Assembly (NCBI GenBank): GCA_035285865.1 | Contig: JAYKHS010000030.1 | Span: forward strand, 64,001 to 128,000 | Reading direction: 5' to 3' | Length of the DNA: 64,000 nucleotides | DNA from: Candidatus Sericytochromatia bacterium | GTDB lineage: Bacteria; Cyanobacteriota; Sericytochromatia; S15B-MN24; VGJW01 | Part shown: piece after piece, positions 62,409-64,000 of the stretch | Layout: each line of letters opens with the position of its first letter | Numbering within the stretch: position 1 is the first letter of the stretch | Program-made: the position numbers and the translations under genes | The notes under the pieces: model-generated | What the model was told of the DNA's origin: nothing | Seen by the model: the letters and a program-made list of their open reading frames with translations, nothing else | Databases searched by the model: none

Positions 62409-64000
62409 CGGGCATCCGCATCATTCCGCTGGGTGGCCTAGGGGAGATCGGCAAGAACTGCTGGCTCGTCGAGTCGGCTGACGACATGGTGATGCTCGAC
62501 TGCGGATTTGCCTTCCCGACGGAGGAAATGTACGGCGTCGACCTCGTCATCCCGGACTTCACCTATGTCGTGGAACGCGCCCACAAGCTGCGCGGAGTCT
62601 TCGTCTCCCACGGCCATGAGGACCATATCGGTGGTCTGCCGTTCCTCTACCGGGAGCTGCCCGATCCCGGAGTGCCCATCTACGGCACGCCTTTCACGAT
62701 GGCGCTCGTGCAGCGCAAGCTGCACGAAGTCTCCGCGCTGCGTGGCAAGGTGCCACTGGTGCCCTGCGAGCCGCGGTCCGTGGTGCAGGCCGGAGGCCTC
62801 GCGGTCGAGTTCATTCGGGTCTGCCATTCGATCGTCGATGCCGTGGGTTTCGGGATTGGCACGCCCATGGGCACCGTCGTCTACTCCGGTGACTTCAAGA
62901 TGGATCAGACGCCGATGGATGGCCATCGCTTCGACTACTTCCGCTTCGCAGCTCTGGGCGAGGAGGGCGTGCTGGCTCTGCTCTCGGATTCCACGAATGC
63001 GGAGCGCGAGGGCATGACGCCTTCCGAACGCGTGGTGGGCGAGGGGCTCCGGCACGCGTTCGGCGATGCCGCGGGGCGGGTCATCGTGGCCACTTTCGCT
63101 TCGAACGTGCAGCGCGTCCAGCAGGTCATCGAGGTGGCTCACGCCTACGGCCGGCGCGTGGCGCTTGTCGGACGCAGCATGCAACAGGTCACGGAACAGG
63201 CCCTGAAGATGGGCTACATGACGGTGCCGGATGGCGTGCTGGGAAGGGTCGAGGACCTCATGGCCCTGCCACCGGACAAGGTATGCATCGTGACCACCGG
63301 TAGCCAGGGCGAACCGATGAGTGGCCTGTCGCGCATCGCCCACGGCGACCACAAGCACGTCGCGGCCATGGAAGGAGATACCGTCATCCTCTCCGCCGTG
63401 CCGATCCCGGGCAACGAGCGCAGCGTCGGCCGGACCATCAACAAGCTCTTCAGTCGCGGCGTCCACGTCATTTATGAGGGTGAGCGCAGCAATGCCCGTG
63501 CGAGCCGTCATGTCTCGGGGCACGCGAGCCGCGAGGAGCTCAAGATCATGCTTTCCCTGACTCGCCCGCGCTACTTCGTACCGGTGCATGGCGAGCCGCG
63601 TCACCTGATTCACCACGCCGAACTGGCCATCCAGATGGGGGTGCCCCCTCAGCATTGCTTCCTGATGGAGAATGGCGCCGTGCTGGAACTGGGGCCGGAT
63701 GGCGGACAGTTCGGGGAACCCGTGCCTTCCACGCCCTTTCTCGTCGATGGTCAGTTGCTCAAGGACATCGGCACCGCCGTACTCAAGGATCGCAAGCAAC
63801 TGGCCATGGAGGGTGTCGTCTCGGTGGCCCTCACGGTGGACGATGCCGGGCGGCTGACGGACCTGCCTCGTCTGCTCTCGCAAGGATTTGTCCACGGCAA
63901 CGAGTTCATGCGGATGCTGCCTGATGCGGAGGCCCTCGTGGCCGAGGTCGTGGATCGATGTCGTGCAGAGGGCATCGTGACCCGCGAGGCCCTGAAGGCT
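62405..64000 (+). CDS. rnj: Ribonuclease J (3' end lies beyond the window)
   Basis: Translated by hand from GTG 62405: IIPLGGLGEIGKN, SHGHEDHIG, SDSTNAE, TGSQGEP and HVSGHA. No stop before the window end. Confidence 0.95.
   Translation, partial: MTGIRIIPLGGLGEIGKNCWLVESADDMVMLDCGFAFPTEEMYGVDLVIPDFTYVVERAHKLRGVFVSHGHEDHIGGLPFLYRELPDPGVPIYGTPFTMALVQRKLHEVSALRGKVPLVPCEPRSVVQAGGLAVEFIRVCHSIVDAVGFGIGTPMGTVVYSGDFKMDQTPMDGHRFDYFRFAALGEEGVLALLSDSTNAEREGMTPSERVVGEGLRHAFGDAAGRVIVATFASNVQRVQQVIEVAHAYGRRVALVGRSMQQVTEQALKMGYMTVPDGVLGRVEDLMALPPDKVCIVTTGSQGEPMSGLSRIAHGDHKHVAAMEGDTVILSAVPIPGNERSVGRTINKLFSRGVHVIYEGERSNARASRHVSGHASREELKIMLSLTRPRYFVPVHGEPRHLIHHAELAIQMGVPPQHCFLMENGAVLELGPDGGQFGEPVPSTPFLVDGQLLKDIGTAVLKDRKQLAMEGVVSVALTVDDAGRLTDLPRLLSQGFVHGNEFMRMLPDAEALVAEVVDRCRAEGIVTREALKA

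Overview
A GC-rich, gene-dense stretch of bacterial chromosome with about 62 CDS and 3 tRNAs (Gly-TCC, Pro-CGG, Leu-TAA). I found no rRNA, CRISPR array, integrase, transposase or prophage. A cyanobacterial-type RNase E N-terminus, a CcmP-like shell protein, a 4-Cys-prefix kinase and a BvdR-like reductase, together with DUF1292/ruvX and dapA-rnj and no photosynthesis genes, suggest a non-photosynthetic relative of Cyanobacteria such as Sericytochromatia (inference only). The left 10 kb is a light-response cluster: an adenosyl-B12 photoreceptor (CarH/LitR), hemH, DUF1295, an SDR, a flavin oxidoreductase, photolyase, a biliverdin-reductase-like gene and CIA30. Tandem 11-bp repeats matching the CarH operator pattern (nAnnTnnACAn) occur in five intergenic regions, including twice before a distant folE2 operon. 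A second motif, TTAA-N7-TTAA-like, precedes six genes for exported or envelope proteins. Other unusual items are a pseudokinase fused to an intact L,D-transpeptidase within a cell-wall enzyme trio, a second pseudokinase fused to a beta-propeller, an orphan CcmP-like microcompartment gene and a degenerate MoeA. The rest is housekeeping (tldD/E, pepA, pgi, pfkA, rluD, rne, ruvCAB, ilvE, dapA, rnj). Product calls come from motif recognition by eye and start codons were chosen by eye; no database search was run.
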